Notes: generated from the letters alone by a model not told the origin. Counted from the first letter of the whole stretch, positions 10,608 through 22,941 are shown. The stretch: 63,699 nt of DNA, filler included, from Asterionella formosa (GCA_002256025.1; 14 parts of 14 records of this genome joined end to end with filler, not necessarily neighbours in it), one strand, 5' to 3'. A program made the numbers and translations.

Positions 10608-13600
10608 TTAACAAGCAAAGTTTCGTTTCTTGGGCTCATCATCCATTAAGTCATCATAAGATGCTGAGGAATAATCTGAATATTCAGACCCGCTTTCCCA
10701 GCTTGAAACGGACTGCAGTGTACTGTGCTGAAGCTGCGATCGAGCTCCGAATTTTCGAAGATACGAACTAGTAGTTGACGAGGCACTGCTGGTGTTTGTA
10801 ACAATGGACTCTGTCTGTCGAACAGGGTAGGTATGCCTTGGAAATTCCTCCTCTCTAGCGGATGGGGTTCGAGTTGAAATTCTTGATTCCTTGATGTTCC
10901 TATCCCTCATGTAGGCGATGTACTTTGCAACAGCATCCCAATCATTCTCTGAAATGAACTTGTCCACAGCACTCTGGGACCACTCGTCTCCAAAGGGTTT
11001 GTCACAGGACTGGACTTGCCGTTGCAGTTTTTTGCTCATGACACGAAAGTCATCTGTCACTTCAGAAGCAGTTTGCCAGTCTTTCTTGCGAATAGCAATA
11101 TCCAGAGCCTTTCGTTGTGCCTTGTCAAATTTCTCCTTACGATTAAGGAATTCAACGTCAGACTGACTGAGTGCTGAAATGGAGTCACTTGCATGAGTTT
11201 CTGTTTCAGCTTCCTTGAGCACGTCAGCGTGATTGCTCTCACTTGAGCCAGAGGACGATTTTTGGTTACCATCATGGGATTTGGAAAACGAACTATGCTT
11301 GGCAGAGCGAGGAGGGGAATAAGATGAGTTTTCGTTAAAGCGTTCCTTCTTCAGACCAAGGCGGAATGAAGAAAATTCCTCCACGCGAAGTTCTCGGGTT
11401 CGCGTAGTAAAGGGGCTGACCCGTGGACTAAATCGAGAAATTTTTTTATCGGGGAGATAACTCTCCTCATCGCCGGACAAACTTGTCTCAGCCACTTTAT
11501 ACTCTTCGGCAATTGATTCAAAGACATGAGTCCCCAAAAGATTTCCAGCCTTAGCAGTTTTTTCTGTCTTTTCAGTCACATTGCTCTGAGACGTGCGAAG
11601 GCGAGCCAACTGCAACGGTGAAGGAGGTGCCATAGAAACACCCAAAAGTTTAGGGCGGCGAACAATAGGCATGACATTTTTAATCGCCTCCTCCTTGTCC
11701 TTATCTGTGGGCAGCTCGCTGCTGCAGAGGGATTCTGCCGTTTGAATGGGCTCATCGAATGGCTTGGAATTGACCATATCTCTCAGCTGATGCAATAGTT
11801 CGTCTTCACGTCCATTATACTGTTGCATCACCTTAGCAACACTGTCTCCATCCGGTGGAGCCATCTTGGTCAACAAATGCTTAATTTCAACCTTCTTGGT
11901 CCACACTGATTGAGGATAGTCCTTTTGTGCCATTTTGAGAATGCTTTCCTTCTTGTCTGGCTGAATCTCACCTCCTTCCATTTGACGTTGCTTCTCTGCC
12001 GACAAGTCTGCCTTATGCACCATTTCATCAAACTGTTGTTGCAAACAAGACGGTTGAATCTCCCTTGGAATGTTCTTCTTCTGGCGAATAACAACCTTGA
12101 AATCCTTTTTGGAAATGATTTCCAAGCTAGTAGGTTCTCCGTCCATCAAACAGGGAGGTTTAGACCACGTGGCCTTCCGTGTCAAACGATGGTAATAATA
12201 AGTACGTCCCGTGGTAGGGTCTGTTGCCTCCTTCCAGACAGGCTTGAGAGTGGGTGCAAGTGCAGGACGAGCAGCAACTGTCGGTGGCATAGCAGCATTA
12301 ACAGGTGTGATAATAGCTCCTGGAGGAATGGTTTTAGTAGTGACAGAGGTAGTTGATACTAATACTGGCATAGCAGCATTAACTTCCTCTGGTGACGCTG
12401 CTGCCAATGCTCCGTTGTCCTTGTAACTCATTCGGGATAAGCTGGCAAAGGGATTGCCCAAGGATGGCAGCGACATGAAAGTCGATGTGCTGACCTCCTC
12501 ATCGGGTTTCGCCACTTCAGTAGGAGGAACTGCTGCATTAGTCATAGCATTAACAGGTGTGGTAGTAACTGCTGGCGGAATGGTATTAGTAGTGACAAAG
12601 GTAGTAGCAACTACTGGCATAGTAGAATCAACTTCCTCTGGTGACGCAACCAACGTTCGGTTGTCCTTGTAACTCATTTGGGACAAGCTGGCAAAGGGAT
12701 TGCTCAACGACGACAGAGTCATAAAAGTCGATGGGTTGGCCTCCTCATTGGGTTTCGGCACTACCGCGTCACCACATATCGTCTCAGGGGGTTCGTCGAC
12801 ATTTACAGGAACGACAGCGGCTTCGGTTGGTGCAAATGTCTTGGCATTGACCCGTTTGGGTGTGAGTTCTTGTTCCGACACCAATTCTTCCCCCAATAAG
12901 TCTTCACCGTTCAAGAATTCGAAGGACACTTCATCGAGCTCACCCAGGGATTTCTTGTCAGACGGACGATCAACTTCTGATTGCACCATGCTGCGCTTGG
13001 TTGCCCACCATCGCTTCTTCTCGACTTGTTGCTGTAGCTGCATGGTTGCGTCTGGATCCAACACGAGCTCAAAGTTTTCATGCAAGGTCAAGGTCTTGTC
13101 CCTCACATGTGTGGTCGGTTTGGTTTCCAACGACTGAAAAAGACTGTCGTCGTCGTCGTCGTCACTGACATCCGGCGCCACGCCCCAATCGGGAAGCGGG
13201 ACCTTTGGGGGTTCAGGAGGCGACACAACTTGCTGGCATGCTTGGTCCATCATTCCCAACACATCTCCCAGCAAGGATTTGTAAATAGCATCCGTCGCCT
13301 CTTTGTAGTCTACCACAGGGTCTTTTTGCTCTGGGATCACCGTCGCAGCCACGGAGGTGTCAAGCAACGGAGCAATGGAGACTTTCAGGGCCGTCTTGTG
13401 TGCCATGGACATGGACAAATCAGAAACGGTCGTGTCAGTCCCGTCGTTACGAGGAGGCGAATTGGGAGGGGATCCTTTGGTAGTAATCACAGTCACACCA
13501 TTCATGGGAGAGTCTGGAGTCAATGGCGGCGTGGTTCCAACGACGAAGCGCCCAAAGCGTCGCTGCTGCACGTTGTACTCGTCGCTCTTGGGCAAGGACT

Positions 13601-13664
13601 TCTTCGGAGTCAAGAGTCGCTGCGAATCGCCTTTATAGTTCTTGCGAGCCGTGGTGTATCCCAT
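10608..13664 (-). CDS. Large WW-domain protein (~1018 aa), largely disordered
   Basis: 1056-codon ORF; first ATG at 13664 (MGYTTARK). WW domain PVWKEATDPTTGRTYYYHRLTRKATWSKPP; internal ~80-aa duplication. Confidence 0.85.
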   Translation of the reverse strand: MGYTTARKNYKGDSQRLLTPKKSLPKSDEYNVQQRRFGRFVVGTTPPLTPDSPMNGVTVITTKGSPPNSPPRNDGTDTTVSDLSMSMAHKTALKVSIAPLLDTSVAATVIPEQKDPVVDYKEATDAIYKSLLGDVLGMMDQACQQVVSPPEPPKVPLPDWGVAPDVSDDDDDDSLFQSLETKPTTHVRDKTLTLHENFELVLDPDATMQLQQQVEKKRWWATKRSMVQSEVDRPSDKKSLGELDEVSFEFLNGEDLLGEELVSEQELTPKRVNAKTFAPTEAAVVPVNVDEPPETICGDAVVPKPNEEANPSTFMTLSSLSNPFASLSQMSYKDNRTLVASPEEVDSTMPVVATTFVTTNTIPPAVTTTPVNAMTNAAVPPTEVAKPDEEVSTSTFMSLPSLGNPFASLSRMSYKDNGALAAASPEEVNAAMPVLVSTTSVTTKTIPPGAIITPVNAAMPPTVAARPALAPTLKPVWKEATDPTTGRTYYYHRLTRKATWSKPPCLMDGEPTSLEIISKKDFKVVIRQKKNIPREIQPSCLQQQFDEMVHKADLSAEKQRQMEGGEIQPDKKESILKMAQKDYPQSVWTKKVEIKHLLTKMAPPDGDSVAKVMQQYNGREDELLHQLRDMVNSKPFDEPIQTAESLCSSELPTDKDKEEAIKNVMPIVRRPKLLGVSMAPPSPLQLARLRTSQSNVTEKTEKTAKAGNLLGTHVFESIAEEYKVAETSLSGDEESYLPDKKISRFSPRVSPFTTRTRELRVEEFSSFRLGLKKERFNENSSYSPPRSAKHSSFSKSHDGNQKSSSGSSESNHADVLKEAETETHASDSISALSQSDVEFLNRKEKFDKAQRKALDIAIRKKDWQTASEVTDDFRVMSKKLQRQVQSCDKPFGDEWSQSAVDKFISENDWDAVAKYIAYMRDRNIKESRISTRTPSAREEEFPRHTYPVRQTESIVTNTSSASSTTSSYLRKFGARSQLQHSTLQSVSSWESGSEYSDYSSASYDDLMDDEPKKRNFAC

Positions 13665-15788
13665 ACTAAAGGTATCTATAGAAGGAAAGGAGGCAATCAA
13701 ACAAACGCAATGGCTAATAGAATTGAAATAAATCGACAACAGATAGGTAGTATTCTTGGCTGGAAAGGTACGGTGCACTTCCTGTGAGTGGATTCTTCGC
13801 TACATGAGCTGCGCGATGTTTCTACGTCGAGGAGGAGTTTTATAGAACCACAGACTATTACTTACTTGAATAGAGGGAAATTTTCGAACATTGCCTCAAT
13901 CTATATCTCTGTATAAAATCATTTCGTTTGCCAAATATTTTATCACTTGGAATAGCCAATGCACGCCTGCATTAGCATACGCCGGCTGGGAGTTCCGGCA
14001 AAAAAAATAAGTCAGAACCTTTTCATCATATGGAGCTTCGGCTGCATTCAAGGTCAGAGTACAGTATAGTCCACGTGCGAGCTGGTAAATAGCTATTTAG
14101 CTGAGATACCGTACTGCGATTTGTTCATACATTAAAAACGAGAGAGTAGCATGTCATCAGCCTCTGTCTTGACCACGACAAAAATAGTGATTATCTCCAC
14201 AAGGATTGAGAGCAACACTTTCTTATTTCGCACATCTATCAAGCAATACATAGACAGCACAATCATAAAAGAATTAGACTACGTATTCTATTGGCATAAA
14301 TATTGACAATGACGATTGAAGTTGGCTGCTGATGGCGTATTTTTCGTGTAATTTAGAAATGCACAATTTTTTACTGCTGGTACTGGTAGCAGTTGACTGT
14401 CTGCCATACTATATCCATAGGTTCAAGTTCCAGCCTCTTCATGAAGCCTCACCAGTATCCAGCTCCCACTGCACCCTTCTTACTGTTCCTGTAGTGAACA
14501 GTGTGTATCTGTTAGGGTTATTGTTATTAGTAGTTTAGCATGTTGCCTTTCATCTGAGATTTTGTGGTTTGATTCCCGCAATTTTTTGAGAAGCAATTGT
14601 TGGGTTCAACTCCCACACTCCTTACCATCCTGTGCAGCCTTGCCTGCTGGTGTGCAAGAAATAGTGGGTTGCCCCCCTCCCTACAAGCAGCTTGTGCCAC
14701 CTTTCTAGGCAGTCAGAGTTTTCCCAATGCTGTGGCTAAGATGATCAACTTTTGTGAAAGGCGGTTGGGGACTCATCTACTACGCCAAATAAAACTAGGG
14801 AAGCACAGGTCTTCTCAACAGATAGCACAATGAATACTTGCCTATAGAAATAGGGGAGTACAAATTTGCTATAAAACTTACTAACTTTTTTAAACAGTGT
14901 GTGTCTGCTTCCATTCCAGTTAGGAGTCATATGCTGTTGGAGTGTCTGAGATGATGACAAGTAGAAGTCCAGTTTCGACAACAGATCAGCATATGCATTT
15001 TCGCTAAATAAGCTGGGCGAAAAATTTGTTTTTAGTTAGTTTAAGTGTACTTTAAAATTCAATTGTGGAAAAAATGGGATAGGGAGATCCTTGTTTTACA
15101 ATGACTGCTGCTGAGTTTGAAGCCTTCAAGTTTTAACTTTTATTGCTGCTGATGCTTGGATGTCAGATTTCAGTTTGGAAGCAGCTATGATTTGGTAAGT
15201 TCTCCTTCCTCAACTCTGCTTTTGTTATTCATTTTCTTGTTGCATCTAACAGCTCGGTTTTGGTTGGTTACATTATTTGTTACTAATTTAATTCATTGCT
15301 GGTAGTCTCTTAAAAATGCCATCATGGTGCTATGCATGTTTGGGACAATTACTTGCTCCTGGTGTAGCAAAATTGAGTTGTCTCAAGGGCAGCACTATTT
15401 TTGTTTGTGCTCCCCCCCCTCATGACAGTTAAGCCGGAGCTCATAGAGGTGCATTTGCTTGGTATCCTCAAAAAGCGATTTATGTTCCTGCAGGTGTTCA
15501 ACCACCTTCACCTTGAGGATCATATCAACAATGCTTTTTTGCCTCATTGCAATCTACAGGATGTTAAGTCCTCTCTTGATCCAGATGGTGCTTCAAGTCT
15601 ACCTTCCAGCACCTCTTGAAAATCATCTTTCTACCCTCCCCCTTTTCAGTTTACCATGTTGCCAGTTCCATAACTTTCTTGGTGGTGCCAGATGTTATGA
15701 ACAACATCTTCTCCCTCTAGATAAGTGAGAGTCAAGCACAAATGTTAATATTGACAATCAATGTGGAATGCTACATTACTTAACATCA

Positions 15789-17126
15789 TTATCCCTTGGT
15801 TGGATCTGTATACTGCTTGTAGACCTTGTCAATTTTGGCCAAAATCTCATTATCCAACTTAATATCATAGCTTTCAATGTTTTCCTTCAGCTGTTGCAAA
15901 GTTGTTGCCCCAATGATAGTAGATGCCACATGTTCTCGATGATAACACCAGCTTAATGCCAGTTGTGTGGGTGTAAGACCAGCGCTCTTGGCGATGTTAC
16001 AATAGGCTGTTACGGCTGCTTCATTTTGACTTCCCAGGTACCGATCCATAAAACCAGGAAACATGAGTAGTCTTGCCTTTTTTGGTAGATTGTCTACATT
16101 TGAATATTTTCCAGACAGCACGCCTCCTGCCAGTGGTGAGTATGGTAAAAGACCAACATTGTGATGAAAGCACGATTCAGCTAATCCAGCTTCAAAGTCC
16201 TTGCGCACAACAAGGGAATACGAGTTTTGCACTGATATGATTCTGGGATACAAGTTTGGGTGTGATATTGACAATTCCACCATGCTGCAAACACCATATG
16301 GAGTTTCATTTGAAACCCCAACATTACGGACCTTTCCATTGTCAATCAGAACTTGCAGTGCCTCTAGTGTCTCTTCAAAGGGAATAGATGACTCTCCCAG
16401 CTTTGTGGAAGAAAAGTCTGGTTGTCCAAAGAGACCTCCTGTATAGCGGTCTAGTGTATGGTAATTATAGTGCGAGTGAGAATTTGACGAATGCATGGTG
16501 CAAAGATATTGAATTATATTTGATCATAATGAATCAGTTAAATCAATCACAGGACAAGTCAATGCAAAGGAACAATCACAGAGCAACTCACCTGGCCAAT
16601 GAAGTTGCAAAAGGTCAATGTATGTTGTTCCCAATCGTTCCAAGGACTTATCCACTGAGTACAAAATTTGCTCCTTGCTCAAATTAGGTGTTGTCCCTGG
16701 TTTCTCTCTGGGCAACCAGGTGAATCGATCAGACCGTCCCGAGACCTTGGTGGCTAAAATGACATCTTCTCGCTTCCGCCCTTTGAGGAAAATATTGACA
16801 GCCTTATCTGTGAGTCCCTGCGTGGTAGGTTTTGTGGGAACTGGATACATTTCCGCAGTATCTAGAAAGTTGATCCCGTAGTTGTCAAAGGCAAGATTAA
16901 GTTGTTCCACGCCTTCATCTATCGAGTTTTGTTCCCCAAACGTCATTGTTCCCATGCATACCTTCGAAACTTCCATGTCTCCGAGTTTGCAAAAGTCCAT
17001 TCCATTTTTGAGGGAAGGAACTGCTATATTTCTGACGATGGCTCTCGACATGGCCTGCCCTCTTGTCACGGTGCTGCGAGTGGGCGAGAGACGGGGAAGG
17101 GTGAGAGTCAGCGTATGAGAGACGAA
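15789..17126 (-). CDS. Aldo-keto reductase (Tas-like), spliced; 5' end uncertain
   Basis: Motifs CMGTMTFG, FLDTAEMY, ATK and QNSYSL, LLPYSPLAGG. GT-AG intron 16591-16451 restores LLQLHWP/DRY. A probable further acceptor lies at 17127, but the first exon was not resolved. Confidence 0.88.
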
Positions 17127-17758
17127 CTGTAAAAAGTAAGGGTACAGATATCAGAATTGATCCTTCACAAAGAGCCTGAAGCTTCGAAGTTTTGAGTTTC
17201 CATTAATGGCGGGGCCTCATGCCCGAGGAATTCAAGTATATACATTGCATACAACTAGGACTTACTACGATAGGATGACTATCAATGCCAGCTGAAATGT
17301 TGACGCCATTGCTTTTGAGCAATACTCGACTTGATATTCACTAATATGAACTTGTCAAAGTGGCTTGCCTGATGTATTGTAATCGTCGCAATCATGGTGA
17401 CCTATTCTGGTAGTATGTAAGGTAATAAATCGTGAACATAGATTTCATTCGACACTGTTTGATTCTATTCTAATTTTATTTTGAACTAATCATATGTACG
17501 TACGCATAATTTATCATTTTATGAATTTTATAAAATATGGTGTATTCAGAATATTCGTAAATGAAAATAAATGTATATTGTTGCTGCACCACCTAATTAT
17601 TTGAAGAATTCCGGTATATTAACGTTAATATGGTGTGAGTCACTATCTTCAGAGTGTCATCAAAATTGAGTCATCATCCAAAGTGACAAAGATGAAAGAA
17701 ATGGTCCAACCCTCTAGCAGCAACTACCGGTATATTGCACTGGCATACGGTTCTCGCT

Positions 17759-18592
17759 ATGTTCACCGCCATTACGATCAAATCGATATCTATTCTAGTT
17801 ATAGCAGCATGCTACTCCAGCGGGCTTCAGTTGCATTATCTTCATAAACATCATCAGAGCACAAGAAAATCAACGAGGAGTTTCCTGCTTAGCCGCAATG
17901 AATGCAGTCGACGACTGGCACTGTCTTGGATTGCAGGGGTATTGACCATGCCTCTGTCTCTACCGAGCAGCGCTGCATCTCTCCACGAGGCTGCAGCACA
18001 AGACAATCCTATAAAATCCAATAATAGACCTCGTGCACCGCTGGAGGCGCTGCTGCCGGCTACCCGGCAACGAATCCTTCTCGAGCAATGTCTCGACCTG
18101 TCCTCTCAACTGCTCAGAACATCATCAACACCAGCGTCAACATCAACAGCGGCGACAATATCGCAGCTCCAAGCTATACTACTCAGCCCTACTTCCTCAC
18201 AAGACAAACCAGATCATCATTTCGATAGTCACTTGTCGGGAATGGCCATCAGAACTGCTTGTAATTTCTATACGGCACAATTGAAGTTTGCCGATTCTTA
18301 TTTACTTACGGCGAACAAGAATGACAAATCAACAATGATACGACGAGATGGTGGAGTACCCACTGTCAAACAAGTTGTCATTGCGGATTTGGATTTAAGA
18401 GATTTGTATCGAAATGAACTTCAAACTCTTGTCGACGATGCACAAGCTGAATTGTATTTACAAGCGATGGACGCTGTAGAACTAAATACGCTTTTGACAA
18501 GAGCCAAACGAGCCAGTGATCATTGGTTTGGTTTGATTTCGGAACAAGATGTTAAGGAAGCACGGGATGCTGTGCTTGCAAACCTAAACTAG
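17759..18592 (+). CDS. Hypothetical plastid/thylakoid-lumen protein
   Basis: ATG 17759; hydrophobic signal, S/T/R-rich transit region, twin-arginine SRRLALSWIAG and a hydrophobic stretch ending SAA. Confidence 0.7.
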   Translation: MFTAITIKSISILVIAACYSSGLQLHYLHKHHQSTRKSTRSFLLSRNECSRRLALSWIAGVLTMPLSLPSSAASLHEAAAQDNPIKSNNRPRAPLEALLPATRQRILLEQCLDLSSQLLRTSSTPASTSTAATISQLQAILLSPTSSQDKPDHHFDSHLSGMAIRTACNFYTAQLKFADSYLLTANKNDKSTMIRRDGGVPTVKQVVIADLDLRDLYRNELQTLVDDAQAELYLQAMDAVELNTLLTRAKRASDHWFGLISEQDVKEARDAVLANLN

Positions 18593-18772
18593 GAGCTCTT
18601 TTAGTCTGTAACTACAAACACGGAAGAACCCATGAAGTACCAAACGGGTTTGATTTTATTAATTAACATAGAGAGCAATTTTTTGATTCAGCCGTATAAT
18701 TCCGTATGTAAATTTTAGGAATGTAGAAAAGTCCTCGTCATTACTTAATATAACAATCTCATCAACGCGAAA

Positions 18773-20860
18773 CTAGGACGAACAGCTGAAAAATGCCGTT
18801 CCAGCTTTTGTTAAATCATGTGGGCTTGCTCGACGGTAGTATAGATCTTGCTGGAGGGCGGTTCCTTCCTCGTAGGGTGCCTTCATCAATTCGTACAAAT
18901 CCTGAATAGTCTCAGTATTACCAGCCTCTGCATTCTTGTAGGCTTCTACCATCATCCATTCACGAAGGACATATTTGGGGTTGGCCATTCTCATACGCTC
19001 GGCAACATCATCCTGCTCAACAAGCATTTCACGCCAATCTTTTATCCATTCCAAATATTTAGCACGGTGCTCTGGTGTAAGAGGCTCATAAAAAGGACTC
19101 GTATCACCATCCGAAATCAATGTTTCCAACATTGCCTCATAATCGGTTGATTCGTAGTCTTCAAAATCTCTAGCGATGCAGGTTAACTGACGCCAAAACA
19201 GTGTCCAGTCTACTCGAGACTTTATCATCAATGGATCAAGAGATTGAAGCAAAGAATCTGCAACTTCCATGTCGATTTCAAATCCCATTTTATTTCGAAA
19301 GACTTGATCAGTCTTTGCATCAAACATATATTTGGCTTCGACTAGAAACTCATCCATCAATTTCAATTCGCCGCTTTTATTGTTTGTCGCAGCACAAATC
19401 ACCGGCACAACACTTTCGACCAATACTTTATAATTAGCGAATCCAGCAGTGGGCTGGTTCTTAAAGCCAAAGTGCTCTCCAGAGCCTGTCCATTTCGCAA
19501 AGAGTGGGAAGTATTCCTCCATGAACCCAAAAGGTCCATAGTCCATTGTATGCCCCCCAATCAAACAATTGTCAGCGTTGAAGTTTCCTTGGCAAAATCC
19601 TACACGGATCCATTCTGCTACCATGGTGGAGATGCGATCGGCCGATTGGTATAGCAAGACAGTGGCAGCCCCTGCAATATCCTTCGTCTTGATAAATGGA
19701 TCATATGCTCCGGTACGAAATTCACGAAATGCCACATGCCAAATCATATCTTCCAATTCCTTCCATTCATTGGTGGTTGTGTCATACCCAGAATTGGTCT
19801 CCTCTGTCTTAGAGTTAGTCAACTTCAGGTCACTCTTCTTGATCGCTCGTCGTGCAAATAAGTCGACATGTCCGATCCTGGAAAAGGATTTGCTGACTCG
19901 GCAAGTAATGGCACATGGTTCCATAATCATTAGATTTGGATCCAATTTTTCATTGCGAAGCTGCATGATGATTTCTCGCCTTTGTTCCTGAGTGTACTTG
20001 GACAGTCTCGAGTCGTCCATTGTTGGCACTTGTAAGGACGCGTTGGGAGAATACCATGGACGTGCAACTGTCTCAGACTGTGACACAACCAACGACAGGG
20101 CCCGGGTAGTGGAAACCCCAAGATGGTGCATGGCCTCCGAGGCAAGGAATTCCCGAATGCTGCTCCTCAAGACCGCTCGTCCATCTCCACCTCGACAGAA
20201 GGGCGTTGTGCCGGCTCCTTTCAATTGCAGTTCCAGCCCTTGGAATTCTCCAATGGAAATGGCCCGTCCATCTCCATATCCGTCTCCAGTGCCAAAGGGG
20301 CAGTTGGATGTGTACCGGTTCCCATTGATCGAGAGCGCATACGGCGTGGCCCACGAGTCTCCCAAGTGCAGATTGCCCGACACAAAGTTGGTAAAGTCAG
20401 TGGACATGACATCCTGTGGTGAAAGTTTCAATTGTTCGGCGACGTCTTCGCTGACTAGGATCAATTGTGGGTCCGGCAGTCCAGTGGGCTTGACGAGTAC
20501 ATAATGGCCATTGAACACTGGGCGCTTCTTGCGGTTGTCGTGCTCCGGACCACGCAGGCCCACCTGTTCGAGGGACCGTTTGAGGTTCGCCGGAGTCTCC
20601 TGCGAGAGCTGCGCAATCCAGGAGTTGTCGAATTGGATGCCCGCCAAGGCGCCTGCTTGGTCCATGCTGGTAGAGGTCGTGGAGGTGGTGATGGAAAAGG
20701 AAGAGGCGGAGCCAACGAGGAAAGTCGAAGCGGCCAATCTGAGGCGCATCACAGAGGGAGATTTAGAGCTTTGTCCAGCGGTTTTTAGGAGAGAATAGCG
20801 GCGTGGAGAAGTGGGGCCAACGAACAACGACGCGATGAGTCGACGAGAGGCACTCTGCAT
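18773..20860 (-). CDS. SELO: SelO/YdiU protein adenylyltransferase (Cys-type C-terminus)
   Basis: Motifs GDGRAI, ELQLKGAGTTPFCRGGDGRAVLRSSIREFLASEAM, GFCQGNFNADN, DYGPF, NPKYVLR; ends FSCSS-TAG. Confidence 0.93.
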   Translation of the reverse strand: MQSASRRLIASLFVGPTSPRRYSLLKTAGQSSKSPSVMRLRLAASTFLVGSASSFSITTSTTSTSMDQAGALAGIQFDNSWIAQLSQETPANLKRSLEQVGLRGPEHDNRKKRPVFNGHYVLVKPTGLPDPQLILVSEDVAEQLKLSPQDVMSTDFTNFVSGNLHLGDSWATPYALSINGNRYTSNCPFGTGDGYGDGRAISIGEFQGLELQLKGAGTTPFCRGGDGRAVLRSSIREFLASEAMHHLGVSTTRALSLVVSQSETVARPWYSPNASLQVPTMDDSRLSKYTQEQRREIIMQLRNEKLDPNLMIMEPCAITCRVSKSFSRIGHVDLFARRAIKKSDLKLTNSKTEETNSGYDTTTNEWKELEDMIWHVAFREFRTGAYDPFIKTKDIAGAATVLLYQSADRISTMVAEWIRVGFCQGNFNADNCLIGGHTMDYGPFGFMEEYFPLFAKWTGSGEHFGFKNQPTAGFANYKVLVESVVPVICAATNNKSGELKLMDEFLVEAKYMFDAKTDQVFRNKMGFEIDMEVADSLLQSLDPLMIKSRVDWTLFWRQLTCIARDFEDYESTDYEAMLETLISDGDTSPFYEPLTPEHRAKYLEWIKDWREMLVEQDDVAERMRMANPKYVLREWMMVEAYKNAEAGNTETIQDLYELMKAPYEEGTALQQDLYYRRASPHDLTKAGTAFFSCSS

Positions 20861-21529
20861 CAAGCAATCAGGTGGATGTCTGACAAAAGGCAACACACAC
20901 AACCAAAATGCTGTCTGTATACCGGTAGTCTACTTCTTTGATCTATGAATTTGTGAGAGACGAGTCATTCCTCAGAATTTTACGAACAACCGCCATGATG
21001 ATGACATACCGGTGCGTGTAGACTAATACGTACATCATATATTACGGTATATCGATACCCAATCATTCTACCGCTACATAGGTACGATCGCAACCTCACT
21101 TCTGCTCGCGTCAGCAATACTCCATATGATTACCTGCATATTTCTATTTGTACTGGTATTTTTTTCTGATGCCAGAGATCCATGGCTGATGAGGTACCAG
21201 AAAGGAGTATTAGGTATGGTACCAGGTACCCTGGTACGAGGTACGTAGCATGGTAAATATTTATAGCCAGCCATGCAGTCTTGCGAAGTCAAGAGCAGGC
21301 TGCAGGTCTTGAAACAGACCGGTACCTGGTACCTACCTTAGTTAATTGAGGATTGATTAGCGGTATGTACATGGTACCGTGGCTAACCATTTCGAGACAG
21401 CACTGTTCCGCGATTTTGAAGTGCATAGATGATATTCCAATAGGACTGGTAGCTGATACAACTGCTACATACATAAGCACAGAACCAGAGGCTAGTCCTG
21501 GGGTGATGGCTACTGTTTTGTTAAAGAAT

Positions 21530-21727
21530 TTATGTTCTTAGATAGTTCTACCATTAGACAAAGAAGACTTTAGAAATAAATGTTCATTTCTCTTTTGTTT
21601 CTATATTCTTATTGTGAGTTACTAAACTAGTTTAGGTTGTTGTTCAGTTTGAATAAACAAAACAAACTATTTGCTTTCCAAATCCTTTTGGCATTTCTAG
21701 GAAAATGCATTCATAGATAGACTCATA
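21530..21727 (+). repeat. Partial copy of a ~380-bp dispersed repeat
   Basis: 'gacaaagaagac...ttcatttctctt..gtttctatattcttattgtgagt.actaa.ctag' is shared with 40830-41205 (same strand) and 38905-39289 (opposite strand). Confidence 0.75.
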
Positions 21728-22841
21728 CAATGCCCTGCTGCTGCTTTGAAATACAGCTGACTAAAAATCACAAATTTTGTTGCAATGGACTTTTCTACAG
21801 CTGAGCACTCTATGGAGTTGCTTGGGCGCCATTGCCCTCCTCTTGATGACGCACTTGTAAAGCTTTCTGTCAATCAGTTGGCAAAGGACTGCAGCAAAGA
21901 TACCCATGTTCATGGAATCCTGACTCTTGTGAAGGAATCTCTCTCCACTCATTAGGAAGCTCTTGCTGTGGACATCTTCATGGCAAGAACAGACCTTGTG
22001 TTACAGCACTTGGATGCTTGGGAGACGATCTCCATTGATGGACCCTGAAGAACGAAAAAGTCGCCAAGAAGCTGCAAGATTCTGAAGCTGATTTCCTTTT
22101 CCTCTCGCAAGCACTCTTGGCATCAGCCAAGTTTTAATGTGGTTTGCGTTTTCGCCATGGTGATAACGCCTTTTTCCGTTCCTCAAAGGGACCCCGGATT
22201 CACGCGTCGCTCGACTACCGGTACCATGTACCTGGTACCAGGTCAAGGTTGTTACACTAGACTACGTACCGGTACAAGGTGTCAGAGTGTGTCTGTTGGG
22301 CTGTTGATGTCGACAGGTGTCCGAAGACTAGGTAGTCTGAGGAATGTCTAAACGGAAATAGACAGGATTTATATAGCAGAATAATCTGCAGACGAGCGGC
22401 GCGAGAAAGATCTTGACCGGTCATTCCAGGGCAGTACTGGAGCGCGCTAGAGTAGACGCCATATATTTTAACAACAAGGTAGTCCTTCTTATTTTCGCCT
22501 TTTCCGGTATATACAAATCACTGTGGTACTGGGCGCGCTCTGATAATAAAAAATTATTATATCATGTGTGTATTATCGGTATGTACATCCAAAGTATTAT
22601 TCTTCTCTTTTACCGGTACGTGTTTGATTTACCGGTACCTCGACACGACCGGTAAGAAAGTTCTGCCAGTACACTGGAACATACCGGTATATGTATGTTG
22701 AAATTGCGTCCCGAAGCACTCTATGCTTTCTTGTATCCTGTAAGGACACGTCAGGGACCAAATAGGCTGTAGATATAACAACGATGTCTCCGTGATCGAT
22801 TGTAATCGTTCCTAAGAGTTTTAATAGAATTATGGGTTTTT

Positions 22842-22941
22842 NNNNNNNNNNNNNNNNNNNNNNNNNNNNNNNNNNNNNNNNNNNNTTAATTAATTAANNN
22901 NNNNNNNNNNNNNNNNNNNNNNNNNNNNNNNNNNNNNNNNN
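22842..22941. other. Artificial contig linker N44-TTAATTAATTAA-N44 (first of 13)
   Basis: The same 100-nt linker starts at 45765, 47261, 48757, 50253, 51748, 53243, 54738, 56232, 57726, 59220, 60714 and 62207. It carries stops in all six frames. Confidence 0.97.

Noticed and set aside
14330..15730. Short ORFs between the WW and aldo-keto reductase genes (similarly 21760-22250, 49170-49740, 55300-56230)
   Set aside because: No recognisable motifs and many stops; probably decayed repeats but not assignable.
17264..17309. MASTFQLALIVILS as first exon of the aldo-keto reductase
   Set aside because: It looks like a signal peptide, but its GTAAGT donor is phase 2 while the 17127 acceptor needs phase 0; left unresolved.
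18773..18790. Selenocysteine in SelO
   Set aside because: The C-terminus is Cys-Ser-Ser-TAG with no in-frame TGA.
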